NCBI GenBank assembly: GCA_023659865.1
Contig: JAGXON010000004.1
Span: forward strand, 1,597-65,596
Reading direction: 5' to 3'
DNA: 64,000 nucleotides
Origin: Candidatus Diapherotrites archaeon LH_S9
GTDB taxonomy: Archaea; B1Sed10-29; WALL01; JAGXON01
Below are positions 38,463-49,032 of the stretch, in pieces. Below the pieces are notes generated by a model, which saw only the letters and a program-made list of their open reading frames with translations, did no database searches and was not told the origin of the DNA. The position numbers and the translations under genes are program-made. Every line of letters starts with the position of its first letter. The stretch's first letter is position 1.

Positions 38463-40119
38463 TCCACCTTGTGCTCACGGCAACCCCTCTATCGAAGTCC
38501 CGTATCTCTTTTGCGCTAAGCTCTGCCGTTCCACTACCAAGCAGTTTCCCGTCCAGATTCTCTATCAATACTTCTTTTCCTGCACGGACATCGCTAGAGC
38601 ACTCTTCAACGAACTTCGCGAAAACGCTTTTCCCGTCCTTCACAAAAGGCTCGGAATCCCGATCCACGACCACCGTATTCCCCTCGGTTTCTTCATGGAT
38701 CTTTTCCGACAACTTATGCGGAATCAGAGTCCCGTCAGAGCACCGTACGCTCGCCAGCACTTCATCATCCTTGTGAACGCTTCTGATTCTTCCAGTGTTC
38801 CCGGTCTTTATCTGGACGTCTTCATCAAAAGCGTTTCTCAGGCTATACATGTACTTGGCCAGGCCATTGATTCTCTCTAGGTCGGTGACTTCAGGAAAAT
38901 CTTCTTCAGGATTTTCTGGTAGGATTCTCTGGCCGAACGGGTACATTTCAAGAACTTCTGCTGGAACGTCTTTGAACGGGAACGCTTCAACAAGTTTCTT
39001 TGAATTCATAGGTTCCTGCATTCTTCTCTCGTGCCTCAGGAGCTCTGGCCTGTTTTTACTTTGCTCTGAGAGCCAGAAGAACCTTTTTTTTGTGAACACG
39101 TCGAGTTCTTCTAGGTATTCTTGATAGTTCTTCATCTTCTTGAACGCCTTTAAGAGCGCGGGATGGGTTCTGGCCCGTGTTTCCAGCAGCTCCCATAAAG
39201 TGTTCCGCCTTATGTGTTCCTTTATTCTCTTTATTTCTTCCAGGCATTTCCAGAGGTTGTGCTCAGCTAACAGTTTTTCGTTTAGTTCGCTTGCCTTGTA
39301 TTTGGAGCACACTGGACATGAGCAAGGCAGCTCTTCTAGGTCTTCTAGTCCGATGGTTCCGGTTTCGGTCAAGTACTTTTTTCTTTCCGCGAACAAAGCG
39401 TAGGACGCGGAATCAAATATATCTGCTCCGAGTGCCACGGGAAAGCAGAAGAACATAGGATGTCCTGCTCCGAACACGTGCACTGGCTTGTTCTGAGGTA
39501 AGATCTGTTTGACTACGTGAAGCTGATCGAGGACGTTACTGAACTCGTAAGCGTTCATCTGAGGTACTATCGAGCCAAGAGCATAGAAATCGAAATCCAT
39601 TTCTGCTAGTTTTTCTGCAGATTTTTTCCGTAGGTCGAGGTACTTCCCTCCTTGCAGTGGCCCGGCCCAGCGCACGTTTCCTTCGAAAAGTTCTTGTGCT
39701 TCCTTGCATCTTTCTAGTGTCTTGTCTAGGTTTTCTTCTATCTCTCTTTTTTTCCCGGTTCCAGGGATGTCTAATGGGACGCCTGCGTCTGCACCTATTT
39801 TTTTCTGGAATTCAACGATTTCTTTGTTCGACACGTCGATGTCTCCGTACTCCATCAGCTGATAGGCTCCGGAATCCGTCATAACGAATCCGTCAAAACC
39901 AATGTAGTCGTGCACGCCTTCAGAAACAACTTTTTCCCTGTCTTTTTTCCTTAGTATGTATGAATTGGTTATCAGTGACTTTACACCCATCTCCTGCATT
40001 CTTTTCGTTGATATTGATGGCTTGTTTGGGTTGTAAACAGGGAGAAGAAAAGGGGTTTCCAGTCCAGCGAATTCACTGATTCTTCCGCCCAGATCTTTTT
40101 CCTTTAATTCCATGTTCAT
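38440..40119 (-). CDS. tgtA: tRNA-guanine(15) transglycosylase with PUA domain
   Basis: ETPFLLPV, TDSGAYQ, LDIP, HVFGAGHP, FDSASY, CSCPVC, HNL; C-terminal PUA. Confidence 0.95.
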   Translation of the reverse strand: MNMELKEKDLGGRISEFAGLETPFLLPVYNPNKPSISTKRMQEMGVKSLITNSYILRKKDREKVVSEGVHDYIGFDGFVMTDSGAYQLMEYGDIDVSNKEIVEFQKKIGADAGVPLDIPGTGKKREIEENLDKTLERCKEAQELFEGNVRWAGPLQGGKYLDLRKKSAEKLAEMDFDFYALGSIVPQMNAYEFSNVLDQLHVVKQILPQNKPVHVFGAGHPMFFCFPVALGADIFDSASYALFAERKKYLTETGTIGLEDLEELPCSCPVCSKYKASELNEKLLAEHNLWKCLEEIKRIKEHIRRNTLWELLETRARTHPALLKAFKKMKNYQEYLEELDVFTKKRFFWLSEQSKNRPELLRHERRMQEPMNSKKLVEAFPFKDVPAEVLEMYPFGQRILPENPEEDFPEVTDLERINGLAKYMYSLRNAFDEDVQIKTGNTGRIRSVHKDDEVLASVRCSDGTLIPHKLSEKIHEETEGNTVVVDRDSEPFVKDGKSVFAKFVEECSSDVRAGKEVLIENLDGKLLGSGTAELSAKEIRDFDRGVAVSTRWTRDQEDQ

Positions 40120-40701
40120 TCATTTCTCTTTTTTCTCCAGCTGGATCAGCATAATGCCTATACCTACGAAGGCGACCCCACCCATACCAAGAATTAGGAA
40201 ATTCTGGTTGTAAGTTTTTACTTCCTGTTCTTTTTCCAGTCCTTGGGATTTTCCTTCAAGAATCAGCAGTGCTTTGTGTACTCTTTGCTTTCCTTCAAGG
40301 TATTTGGCGCTCGAGAAAGCTCCTAATGCTTTCTGGTAATTGCCCTCGCTTTTTTTGCGGTAACCTGTTCGCATGTACAGCCCTGCAGCGCTCTCGTAAA
40401 GGTTTCCTTTTATCCTGTAATCCGATTTTGCAGGTGCTTTCATCTTGTCTGCTGCGTCCTCGTAGTATCCTGCAGCTTCAAGATAGTAAGTGTTTCCCTC
40501 GAGCGTGTATCCTTCTTCAATCAAACAAGAACCTGCTTTCTTGTAAGCCTCTCCTTTTTTGGCAAGGACAGAGTAACCAGTTTCGTTTCCGTACTGTTGC
40601 TGGAAATCAGTGATTATTCTCATACAGTTCTGAGTGTCTGCTGCCTGAACTGCTAGCGTGAACAAAATCAGTAATAGTGGGATCAAAAACTTCTTTTTCA
40701 T
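40120..40701 (-). CDS. Secreted, TM-anchored TPR/SNAP-like helical protein
   Basis: Signal peptide, YxxAA/AG helical repeats, C-terminal TM. Confidence 0.65.
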   Translation of the reverse strand: MKKKFLIPLLLILFTLAVQAADTQNCMRIITDFQQQYGNETGYSVLAKKGEAYKKAGSCLIEEGYTLEGNTYYLEAAGYYEDAADKMKAPAKSDYRIKGNLYESAAGLYMRTGYRKKSEGNYQKALGAFSSAKYLEGKQRVHKALLILEGKSQGLEKEQEVKTYNQNFLILGMGGVAFVGIGIMLIQLEKKEK

Positions 40702-40821
40702 CAAACTATTTTTTCTCAGGAATACATTAAAAGTTTTCATCAAAAGTTTTCATCTATATAAAAGAAGTTGCATAAAAATAATAATAAGTTTTCTGAAATT
40801 CAGTGCCTGACAGGTGATTTC

Positions 40822-41070
40822 ATGAGCAAAGATTTAGAACAACTAAAATCAAGGATGGACAAAGTAATAGACGATAATTCGGTCCCAAAAAACATAAGAG
40901 AGGCAGTGAAGAAATCCAAACAAAAGATTTCGCAAGATAACAAAGAAGTAAGCTTTACCAACGCCATTTACATGCTTGATGAAGCTTTAAACGATATAAA
41001 CGTTCCATTTCACACCAGAACCGAGATGATGGGATTGATCTCGGAACTAGAAAGGCTTAAAAATGAATGA
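40822..41070 (+). CDS. UPF0147 family protein
   Basis: DNSVPKNIR, DINVPFHTRT, ISELE. Confidence 0.9.
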   Translation: MSKDLEQLKSRMDKVIDDNSVPKNIREAVKKSKQKISQDNKEVSFTNAIYMLDEALNDINVPFHTRTEMMGLISELERLKNE

Positions 41071-42073
41071 AGAACGAAAAATCGATTTAATAACGGAAAG
41101 GACCGAAGAAGTCGTTAAGGAAGAGGAACTAAAGAAACTCTTCCAAGAAAAAGACCAGCCAACGGCATACCTTGGATTTGCACCAACAGGAAAACTTCAC
41201 ATAGCTCACTTTGCTTACCCGCTCAAAATATCTGACTTCCTTGAAGCAGGATTCGAATTCAAGTTCTTGATAGCTGACCTGCACGCTTTCATGGACAGCC
41301 AGAAAACCCCTTGGGATCTTCTAGATTCTAGAGCAGAATACTACGAAAGATGCATAAAAGCAATGCTGAAAGCAGTAGGCGAAAAAAGAAAAATCGAGTT
41401 CATAAGAGGGTCGGACTACCAGGAATCCGAAAAATACGTTATGGACCTGTTCAGACTGCTGGGAGAAACCACGGTAAACAGAGCAAGAAGAGCAGCATCT
41501 GAAGTAGTCAGATTCGAAGAAAACCCAAAGCTCGGAGGCTTCGTATACCCGCTGATGCAGGTTAACGACGTCAAAGCACTGGACGCTGATGTCGCACTAG
41601 GTGGAATAGACCAGCGCGGAATATACATGCTTTCAAGAGAAACGCTTCCAGACATAGATTACAGAAAACCTATCTCGGTCTTCATGCCTCTCCTGCCAGG
41701 ACTTTCAGGCAAAAAGATGAGTGCTTCAGACAAAAAATCCAAGATAAGTCTACCAGCAACAGAGAAAGAGATCGAAGAAAAAATAAAAGAAGCTTACTGC
41801 CCGGCAGGCAACCCTCGAAACGTTTTAGTTCAGTTCACAAGAGACGTTCTCCTACCAGTGAACAAAGAAATAAACGTTTACCGGCCAGACAAGTACGGTG
41901 GAGACAAGAAGTACACTAGCTTCCAGGAGCTGGGGAAAGACTTTGAAAAAGAGGACTTGCACCCACTTGACCTGAAGAAAGCAATAGCAAGACAGGTTAA
42001 CGAGCTGTCGGAGCCGGTTAGGAAAGAGTTTGAAGGAGAAGAAGACCTTCTCAAGCAAGCTTATCCTGAATAG
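41063..42073 (+). CDS. tyrS: Tyrosine--tRNA ligase
   Basis: YLGFAPTGKLHIAH, ADLHA, YPLMQVND, GGIDQR, KMSAS, LHPLDLK. Confidence 0.95.
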   Translation: MNEERKIDLITERTEEVVKEEELKKLFQEKDQPTAYLGFAPTGKLHIAHFAYPLKISDFLEAGFEFKFLIADLHAFMDSQKTPWDLLDSRAEYYERCIKAMLKAVGEKRKIEFIRGSDYQESEKYVMDLFRLLGETTVNRARRAASEVVRFEENPKLGGFVYPLMQVNDVKALDADVALGGIDQRGIYMLSRETLPDIDYRKPISVFMPLLPGLSGKKMSASDKKSKISLPATEKEIEEKIKEAYCPAGNPRNVLVQFTRDVLLPVNKEINVYRPDKYGGDKKYTSFQELGKDFEKEDLHPLDLKKAIARQVNELSEPVRKEFEGEEDLLKQAYPE

Positions 42074-42117
42074 GCTCGGACCAAAAACTTCTTTAGAGCC
42101 CTCAACCCTAATTATTC

Positions 42118-43623
42118 TTGAGAACTCTTCCAGGTGAAAACTTCTTGAAACAAGAGATAATACAAAAATTTGAAGAAAAAAGGAAGATAATCACTTCAGA
42201 AGCCCTAGAGTATCTTCTTGGATGCGCTGAACCAGAAAAAATCGCGGAAAAGACCTTGGAAGAAACAGATGGTTCTTTCATAGAATTAGACGATGTTAAA
42301 AGGAAGAAAAAGAAGTTCAAACCAGAGAAAGTGGAGATAAAAAAAGGAAAGAGCTTTAAGCCAAAAGCAAAAGACATAGAGCCTGATATCAAAATATTTA
42401 GAGAAAAAGAGGTTACGGGCAACTCTTTATCTGAAGGAACGGAAAAAGACTTCCATAAACACTTTCTGGACCGATTTCAAAGACTCTCCAAAATCCTCCG
42501 GAAGAGAGGAAAAGCAAAAAGAGATTTGGCGTCAGTAAAAAAAGCAGGATCCTCCAAAGACACTCAAGCAATTGGGATGATAAACACTAAGCGCAGAACA
42601 AAAAACAATCACTACTTCATGGAAATAGAGGATGAAACAGGAACACTTAACGTCCTAGTCCCGAAAAACAACAAAAAACTCATAAGGTTCTCTCACTCCA
42701 TCATAGAAGACGAGGTAATAGCAGTAGAAGGAACGCTTAAAAACGATTTGTTCATAGCCAACAAGATAATTCGACCGGACATACCGCCAAAAGGTCATAA
42801 AACACCTGACGAAACCGTGAGAGTGGCGATGATATCTGACACTCACTTCGGAAGCAAGTACTTCATGAAAAACAAGTTCAAAAAGTTCTTAAGCTGGTTG
42901 AACGGAGAGAAAGGAAACGGAGACCAAAGAAAGGTAGCTGGAGAAGTGAAGTACCTGATTATAGCTGGAGACATTGTTGACGGAATAGGTATATACCCCG
43001 GGCAAAACAAAGAACTCGAGGAAACAGACGTATTCGATCAATACGAAATGGCAGAAGAATACCTCAAAAAAGTTCCAGAACACATACACATAATCATATC
43101 CCCCGGAAACCACGATGCAGTAAGAACAGCAGATCCACAGCCAGCACTACCAGAAAAATTCATGCCAGAACTATTCCAGCAAGATAACGTCCACAGAATC
43201 GGTTCCCCAGGATACATCTCTCTTCACGGCGTAGAAATACTTGTGTACCACGGAGCATCGATTCACAGCATGGTCCCTCATATCCCTAACCTGACTTACA
43301 GGGAACCAGAAAAAGTCATACCTGAATTCCTGAAAAGACGGCACATGCACCCATTGTACGGCGGAAAACCCCCCATATCGCCGGAACCAAAAGACTACCT
43401 TGCAATAGACCGAGTTCCAGACATAGTTCAAGTAGGAGACGTTCACAGAAACGGATACGAGACATACCGAGGAGTTCTAGGGGTTAACTCCGGTACCTGG
43501 CAAGCAGAAACACCTTTCCAAGTAAAGCAAGGGCACGAACCCACACCAGGAGAACTTCCAGTTATTGACCTCAGTTCACTGAAAATAAATGTGATTCACT
43601 TCAACAAAGGAGAGAAAAAATGA
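42118..43623 (+). CDS. polB: DNA polymerase D small subunit DP1
   Basis: OB fold, SDTHFGS, AGDIVDGIGIYP, PGNHD, YHG, NSGTWQ; exact start uncertain. Confidence 0.95.
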   Translation: MRTLPGENFLKQEIIQKFEEKRKIITSEALEYLLGCAEPEKIAEKTLEETDGSFIELDDVKRKKKKFKPEKVEIKKGKSFKPKAKDIEPDIKIFREKEVTGNSLSEGTEKDFHKHFLDRFQRLSKILRKRGKAKRDLASVKKAGSSKDTQAIGMINTKRRTKNNHYFMEIEDETGTLNVLVPKNNKKLIRFSHSIIEDEVIAVEGTLKNDLFIANKIIRPDIPPKGHKTPDETVRVAMISDTHFGSKYFMKNKFKKFLSWLNGEKGNGDQRKVAGEVKYLIIAGDIVDGIGIYPGQNKELEETDVFDQYEMAEEYLKKVPEHIHIIISPGNHDAVRTADPQPALPEKFMPELFQQDNVHRIGSPGYISLHGVEILVYHGASIHSMVPHIPNLTYREPEKVIPEFLKRRHMHPLYGGKPPISPEPKDYLAIDRVPDIVQVGDVHRNGYETYRGVLGVNSGTWQAETPFQVKQGHEPTPGELPVIDLSSLKINVIHFNKGEKK

Positions 43624-46600
43624 AAGCATCTGAACAAATCCAGGATTACTTCGAGTCCTTAAGACAGAAAACAAGCAAGGCGTACGATGCAGCCGAAAAA
43701 GCAAGAGCTAAAGGCCTCGACCCATCTACAGAAGTGGAAATCCCGATAGCGGAAGGAGTAGGAGGCAGAGTCGAGAAACTAATCGAAGAAGAAGGGCTAG
43801 CGGAACGCATAAATCAGTTAATGGAAGAGAACTCAAGAGAAGAGACAGCGCTCAAGCTCATAAAATTCATAATCAACAAGACAGACGACAGAGAAGAAGG
43901 AATAGATAAAGCACTAAGAGCCGCATTAGCCCTTTACACAGAAGGCGTTGTAGCCGCACCAATAGAAGGAATATCAGATATAAACATAGAAGAAAACCCT
44001 GACGGAAGCGAACACCTCTCCCTATATTTCTCAGGACCAATAAGAAGTGCAGGAGGAACCGCGCAAGCCGTTACAATGCTTTTCGCTGACTACGCACGAC
44101 AATTGATTGACTTAGAGGAATACAGGCCAACCAAAACCGAGGTAGAGAGGTACGTGGAAGAAATAGAGATGTACGACCAGCAAGTATCAAGACTGCAGTA
44201 CACGCCTTCAGGAAAAGAAATAAGAGGGATAGTTAACAACTGCCCTGTCTGCGTGACTGGCAGGCCAACAACCCAGGTGGAAGTGCAGCTTCACAAAGAC
44301 CTTGAAAGAGTTGACACGAACCGAGTAAGAGGTGGAATGTGCCTTGTGATTGGAGAAGGAATAGCCCAGAAAGCAAAAAAAGTGCAGAGGTACGCAAAAG
44401 AATTTGGATTAGACTGGAGCTGGCTTCAGTCCCTGATAAAAATCGGGAAAGCGTCTTCTTCATCAGAAGAAAAACAAAAAAAGAAAATAGAACCGTCATT
44501 CAAGTACTTGAGAGACGTCGTGGCAGGAAGACCTGTGTTCTCCCACCCATCAAGAGAAGGAGGATTCCGCTTAAGATACGGAAGAAGCCGAAACAACGGC
44601 TTGATGGCGAAAGGAATGCATCCAGCGTCCATGTACATTCTTGGCAAGTTCCCTGCAATAGGAACGCAGCTGAAGGTTGAAAGACCTGGAAAAGGAATGG
44701 TAGTCGTACCGTGCGACTCGATAGAAGGACCTGTAGTACGTTTAGCGGACGGATCCGTTGAAAGAGTTAAGTCAGTGGAACGCGCGAAAGAAATCGAGAG
44801 ACAGGTGAAAGAAATAATTTTCCTCGGAGACTTATTGGTGTCTTTCGGCGACTTCCTTCACTCAAACCACTCCATTATACCTTCAGGCTACGTGGAGGAA
44901 TGGTGGGTAAAAGAACTGGAAGGAGAAGGAGGAGAAGTGGACGATCCTTCAGACGTTTCAGCTCAGGAAGCAGTAAAACTTTCAGAACAATACGATATAC
45001 CTCTGCATCCAAAGTACACGTCTCCATTTAATGACGTGAAACTAGAGGGACTGAAAAAACTCATTAAATGGCTTGACTCGGAAAGAAAAAACTCGGAAGA
45101 AAAAAGAACTCTGGAAAAACTACTCATACCTCACGAAACAGAAGAAAACAAGATCATCATACCTGAAGACTGGGAGCACATCCTGAAAAAAGTCTTGAAC
45201 TACGAAAAAACTGCTGAAGTAGTTGACAGACTCCAACCAGACTCGACAATGGAACTCGTAGAAGAAATCTCGAACATAAAAATAAGAGAAAAAGCACCAG
45301 TCTACATCGGAGCCAGGATGGGAAGACCAGAAAAAGCACGAGAAAGACATATGCAGCCTTCACCCCACATACTTTTCCCAGTAGGCAACTACGGAGGTAA
45401 GACTCGGTCAGTACTCAAAGCAGCTAGAAAAAAGAACATCTCAGTTGATCTAGCGAGATTGAAGTGCCCGAACTGCGGGAAAATAGTTGCTGCTTACAAG
45501 TGCCCGGACTGCGGTGAAAGAACTGAAGTAGTTAAAGTATGCCCTAAATGCGGAACAGAAGCAGAAGAAAAGTGCCCAAAGTGCGGGAAACGGGTCTCTG
45601 GATACGAAAGAAGAACAATAAACATCAAAAGACTTATGAGATCAGCCAAAAAAAATGTTGGCTCACCGCAAGAAGACCTAAAAGGGGTTAAGATGACCAT
45701 GAGCCGGAACAGATGCTTCGAACCGCTGGAAAAAGGCATAATTCGATCAAGACACGACGTACACGTATTCAAAGACGCTACCTCACGGTTCGATGCCACG
45801 AACCTGCCTTTAACCCACTTCAAACCAGGCGAAATCGGAACCTCTGTAGAAAGACTCAGAGAACTTGGTTACGAAAAAGACGTGAACGGAGAAAAACTCG
45901 AAAGACCGGAACAAGTAGTTGAACTCAAGCCACAGGATGTAGTGCTTCCGAAAGAAGCAGGAGAGCACCTGCAGAGAGTCGCTGGATTCGTGGACGAGCT
46001 GCTGGACAGGTTCTACGACCAAAAGATGTTTTTCGAAGCCGATAACAGAGAAGACCTGATAGGCGAACTACTCTTATTCCTCGCACCACACACTTCAGCC
46101 GGAGTTCTTGGCCGAATAATTGGCTTCTCAACCGTTAGAGGTATTTACGCTCATCCTTACTTTATTGCTGCATCGAGACGTGACTGCGACGGAGACGAGA
46201 ACGGTGTAATGCTTTTGATGGATGGATTGCTAAATTTCTCGAAAAGCTATCTTCCTTCAAGCAGAGGAGGGAAGATGGATGCGCCGCTCGTGCTGACGCA
46301 GATTCTGGACCCGTCCGAAGTCGATGACCAGGTTCACGAGCTCGAGACTATCGACGAAATACCTTTATGGTTCTTCAAACAATCCATGAAATTCAAGAAA
46401 CCGAAAGAAATTGATCTGGACATAGTTGAACAAAGACTAGGTCAGGAAAACCAGTACGATGGATTCGGTTTCACGCACTCGGTTTCAGATATTTCTGAAG
46501 GCGTGACTCAATCTTCTTACACGTCTTTAGGGAACATGAAAGAGAAAGTGAACGCGCAACTAGGGTTAGGGAGGAAGATAAGGTGTGTTGACGAGAAAGA

Positions 46601-46931
46601 TGTGGCCAGCAGGCTTCTGGACTGTCATTTCATGAGAGATATTTACGGTAATCTCAGAGCGTTCGGTGAGCAAAAGTTCAGGTGCGTTGACTGCAACAAG
46701 AAGTACAGGCGGTACCCGCTTCCTGGTGAGTGCAGTAATTGCGGTGGAAGAGTTATTCTAACAATTTCTAGAGGCTCGGTGGAGAAGTACTTGAAGTTAT
46801 CGAAAGAGATTGCTCGAAAGTACGGGTTATCTGACTACGTGAAACAAAGGCTCGAGCTCGTTGGAGACGAGATAGAATCCGTTTTCGTGAACGAGAAAAG
46901 CAAGCAATACGACTTGACTGAATTCTTCTGA
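43620..46931 (+). CDS. polC: DNA polymerase D large subunit DP2 (no intein)
   Basis: GPIRSAGGT, RLRYGR, RMGRPEK, RRDCDGDE, MDAPL; PIP box KQYDLTEFF. Confidence 0.97.
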   Translation: MKASEQIQDYFESLRQKTSKAYDAAEKARAKGLDPSTEVEIPIAEGVGGRVEKLIEEEGLAERINQLMEENSREETALKLIKFIINKTDDREEGIDKALRAALALYTEGVVAAPIEGISDINIEENPDGSEHLSLYFSGPIRSAGGTAQAVTMLFADYARQLIDLEEYRPTKTEVERYVEEIEMYDQQVSRLQYTPSGKEIRGIVNNCPVCVTGRPTTQVEVQLHKDLERVDTNRVRGGMCLVIGEGIAQKAKKVQRYAKEFGLDWSWLQSLIKIGKASSSSEEKQKKKIEPSFKYLRDVVAGRPVFSHPSREGGFRLRYGRSRNNGLMAKGMHPASMYILGKFPAIGTQLKVERPGKGMVVVPCDSIEGPVVRLADGSVERVKSVERAKEIERQVKEIIFLGDLLVSFGDFLHSNHSIIPSGYVEEWWVKELEGEGGEVDDPSDVSAQEAVKLSEQYDIPLHPKYTSPFNDVKLEGLKKLIKWLDSERKNSEEKRTLEKLLIPHETEENKIIIPEDWEHILKKVLNYEKTAEVVDRLQPDSTMELVEEISNIKIREKAPVYIGARMGRPEKARERHMQPSPHILFPVGNYGGKTRSVLKAARKKNISVDLARLKCPNCGKIVAAYKCPDCGERTEVVKVCPKCGTEAEEKCPKCGKRVSGYERRTINIKRLMRSAKKNVGSPQEDLKGVKMTMSRNRCFEPLEKGIIRSRHDVHVFKDATSRFDATNLPLTHFKPGEIGTSVERLRELGYEKDVNGEKLERPEQVVELKPQDVVLPKEAGEHLQRVAGFVDELLDRFYDQKMFFEADNREDLIGELLLFLAPHTSAGVLGRIIGFSTVRGIYAHPYFIAASRRDCDGDENGVMLLMDGLLNFSKSYLPSSRGGKMDAPLVLTQILDPSEVDDQVHELETIDEIPLWFFKQSMKFKKPKEIDLDIVEQRLGQENQYDGFGFTHSVSDISEGVTQSSYTSLGNMKEKVNAQLGLGRKIRCVDEKDVASRLLDCHFMRDIYGNLRAFGEQKFRCVDCNKKYRRYPLPGECSNCGGRVILTISRGSVEKYLKLSKEIARKYGLSDYVKQRLELVGDEIESVFVNEKSKQYDLTEFF

Positions 46932-46974
46932 AAAACCTCAATCTTTTAAACTTATTACGGGATTAAATGATGCA

Positions 46975-47760
46975 ATGTCTTCAGAGAAAACAAAACTAAG
47001 GAAATCCAATTCCTACGTCAAGAAAAGACAGAGGATAAGGAAAGTGAAGTTCTTGAGCGCAGGACTGTTTTACCTGCTTTTCCTAGCTTCAGCATTAGTT
47101 GAACAAGGAATAAACTCGTTGTTGCTTGGAATATCTGCTCTTCCTATGGCAGTAGCGTCAGTCGCAGCCTACGTGGATTTCGAGCACTCGATACAGAAAC
47201 TTGATTCGCTCGCGTTCCATTTATTTGAAGCAAAAAGAAAAGTCATCCTCTTCCGCGTGAGGCAAGACGAGAAACTCAAAGAAGAAGCTATTTCGGAACT
47301 GGTAAGTGCCGTGATCTGTTTGAAGAAACTTGAAGTCGAGTCAAGACAAAGATTCTTGCTTAAAAGCTGTTTCGTGAACGATCACATCACGAAAACACTG
47401 AAGACTCTTGAAGAATACGTGCTTCCGTCACTTGAATCCGAACGAGAACTAAGAAAAATAGAGGAGATCCTAGGGGGCTTGCTGCAGAAAATACTTACAG
47501 GAAACTTCAGAAAAGTAGAGGAAGCAAAGGAAGAAGCAGCAGAAAACCTGGAGAAACAAAAAATGGTTTACCCAATCAAAAGCAAGATCCGGATGAACCT
47601 AGCGAGAAAAAAGTTCAGATTTTACTTCACGTTCGTGCTCTCCTTAATTGCCTTATCTCTTTTTATTTACTCTATAATGCCAGGGATAACAGCAATAATC
47701 TTAAGTGGTTTCGTTTCACTGACAATAGCTTCAGTGATCCTGAAATCAGAATTCAGGTAA
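46975..47760 (+). CDS. Hypothetical membrane protein
   Basis: Two N-terminal and two C-terminal TM helices flanking a helical domain. Confidence 0.65.
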   Translation: MSSEKTKLRKSNSYVKKRQRIRKVKFLSAGLFYLLFLASALVEQGINSLLLGISALPMAVASVAAYVDFEHSIQKLDSLAFHLFEAKRKVILFRVRQDEKLKEEAISELVSAVICLKKLEVESRQRFLLKSCFVNDHITKTLKTLEEYVLPSLESERELRKIEEILGGLLQKILTGNFRKVEEAKEEAAENLEKQKMVYPIKSKIRMNLARKKFRFYFTFVLSLIALSLFIYSIMPGITAIILSGFVSLTIASVILKSEFR

Positions 47761-48573
47761 TCACTTGAAGTAAAGAATGTAGATAACTAAAACAAGTATC
47801 AGCACTGCAAGAAAAGTGTACCTGCCAGCTCTCGTGCCAGAAACCCAGCCAAACAAGTTCTTCAAGGCCTCACCACTCTTGCTCTTTCCTCCGTGACCTT
47901 TGCTCATTTTCTTTATCCCGGAAGAGGTTACTCTGAAAACTTTTTTAGAGTAATCAACCCATCCTTCAGGTCTCTTGAGATCGCTTAAAGTGTCTTCTGT
48001 TACTTCAAGGAACCCTCTTTCTCTTTCAGGTACTTTCTGGATGTTGAAAGGGCTTCCGGATATTCCGTCAATGTCGATTCTTTGGGTTCGACCGCCTTTC
48101 AGGTCAACCCAGATTCTCCACATTGGAACGTAACGCAAGTCGAATCCGGAGAGAACTATGTCGTCTCTTGAGATGCTTTTCATCTCTCCAGCTAATTTCA
48201 CTTTCGCGATTTTTCTTCCTTCTTCTTCAGAAACTGTTTGCTTGAGCATGTCGTGTTCTACATCGTGCTCGATTTCTTTACGGCTCTCCACTGGAATCTC
48301 GTTCAAGATCTGCATCAGCATTGGCTCTAAATTGCTTTTCCGAGCGTCTAGAACCATCTGCGAACCGTATTCTTGGGTGACTTCTCCTTTTCCTGGAACT
48401 TCTTGTTCCTTGTAGACGTCGTAGTTGAAGAACCAGTACGGCTTGTAAATAAGTTTTACATTAGCTAAATCAAAGTCCTTCCAGTGGCGTTCTTCCAGAA
48501 GAGTTTCCAGAATGCCTAGAATCTGTTTAGATGTTAGATTCAGTTGATAGGCAGGGTGGTCGAGCCTAGCCAT
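47761..48573 (-). CDS. Hypothetical protein with C-terminal TM anchor
   Basis: Duplicated LIYKPYW / LRYVPMW motif; tail anchor; directly downstream of sepF. Confidence 0.7.
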   Translation of the reverse strand: MARLDHPAYQLNLTSKQILGILETLLEERHWKDFDLANVKLIYKPYWFFNYDVYKEQEVPGKGEVTQEYGSQMVLDARKSNLEPMLMQILNEIPVESRKEIEHDVEHDMLKQTVSEEEGRKIAKVKLAGEMKSISRDDIVLSGFDLRYVPMWRIWVDLKGGRTQRIDIDGISGSPFNIQKVPERERGFLEVTEDTLSDLKRPEGWVDYSKKVFRVTSSGIKKMSKGHGGKSKSGEALKNLFGWVSGTRAGRYTFLAVLILVLVIYILYFK

Positions 48574-48582
48574 CTACAGCAC

Positions 48583-48945
48583 TTACTTAGCTATTTTAAC
48601 TCCTTGCGGAGCAATTAGCAACTTGTACTCACTTAGTCTGGCGATGTCTCCATCAATCCCTTTTGCGTTTCCCTTTATCTTGGAGACAGCTTTCTTCAGC
48701 TTCATCGTGTTCCTTTCGAAGAGAGGCTTGATGTTCAAAAGCACTATGTTCCCGTCTTTCACTCGATCATTCACTTTCTTTGTGTCCGGAGATTCCTCTA
48801 AGGTCATAGGCCTTATCCACATGTCTGCTTCTTCTTCAAGCAAGTCTTCTTCCTCTAATCCAAGAGTATCGAGATACTCTTCGATTTCGGTATCTTCTTC
48901 TGAACTACCAATTTTTTTTGAAAATTTGTCAAGAATTCCTGGCAT
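48583..48945 (-). CDS. sepF: Cell division protein SepF
   Basis: GNIVLLNI...GDIARL...LLIAPQGVKI. Confidence 0.88.
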   Translation of the reverse strand: MPGILDKFSKKIGSSEEDTEIEEYLDTLGLEEEDLLEEEADMWIRPMTLEESPDTKKVNDRVKDGNIVLLNIKPLFERNTMKLKKAVSKIKGNAKGIDGDIARLSEYKLLIAPQGVKIAK

Positions 48946-49032
48946 ATTTTTTTACCTCTAATATTTATTTAGGTGGAGGATTAAAATCATTATCGCCTGA
49001 CCAAAGTTATGTTTCTCTATTAATATAACCTT

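Noticed and set aside
43620-46931. Intein in DP2
   Set aside because: Length and motif spacing are normal; no splice-junction or LAGLIDADG motifs seen
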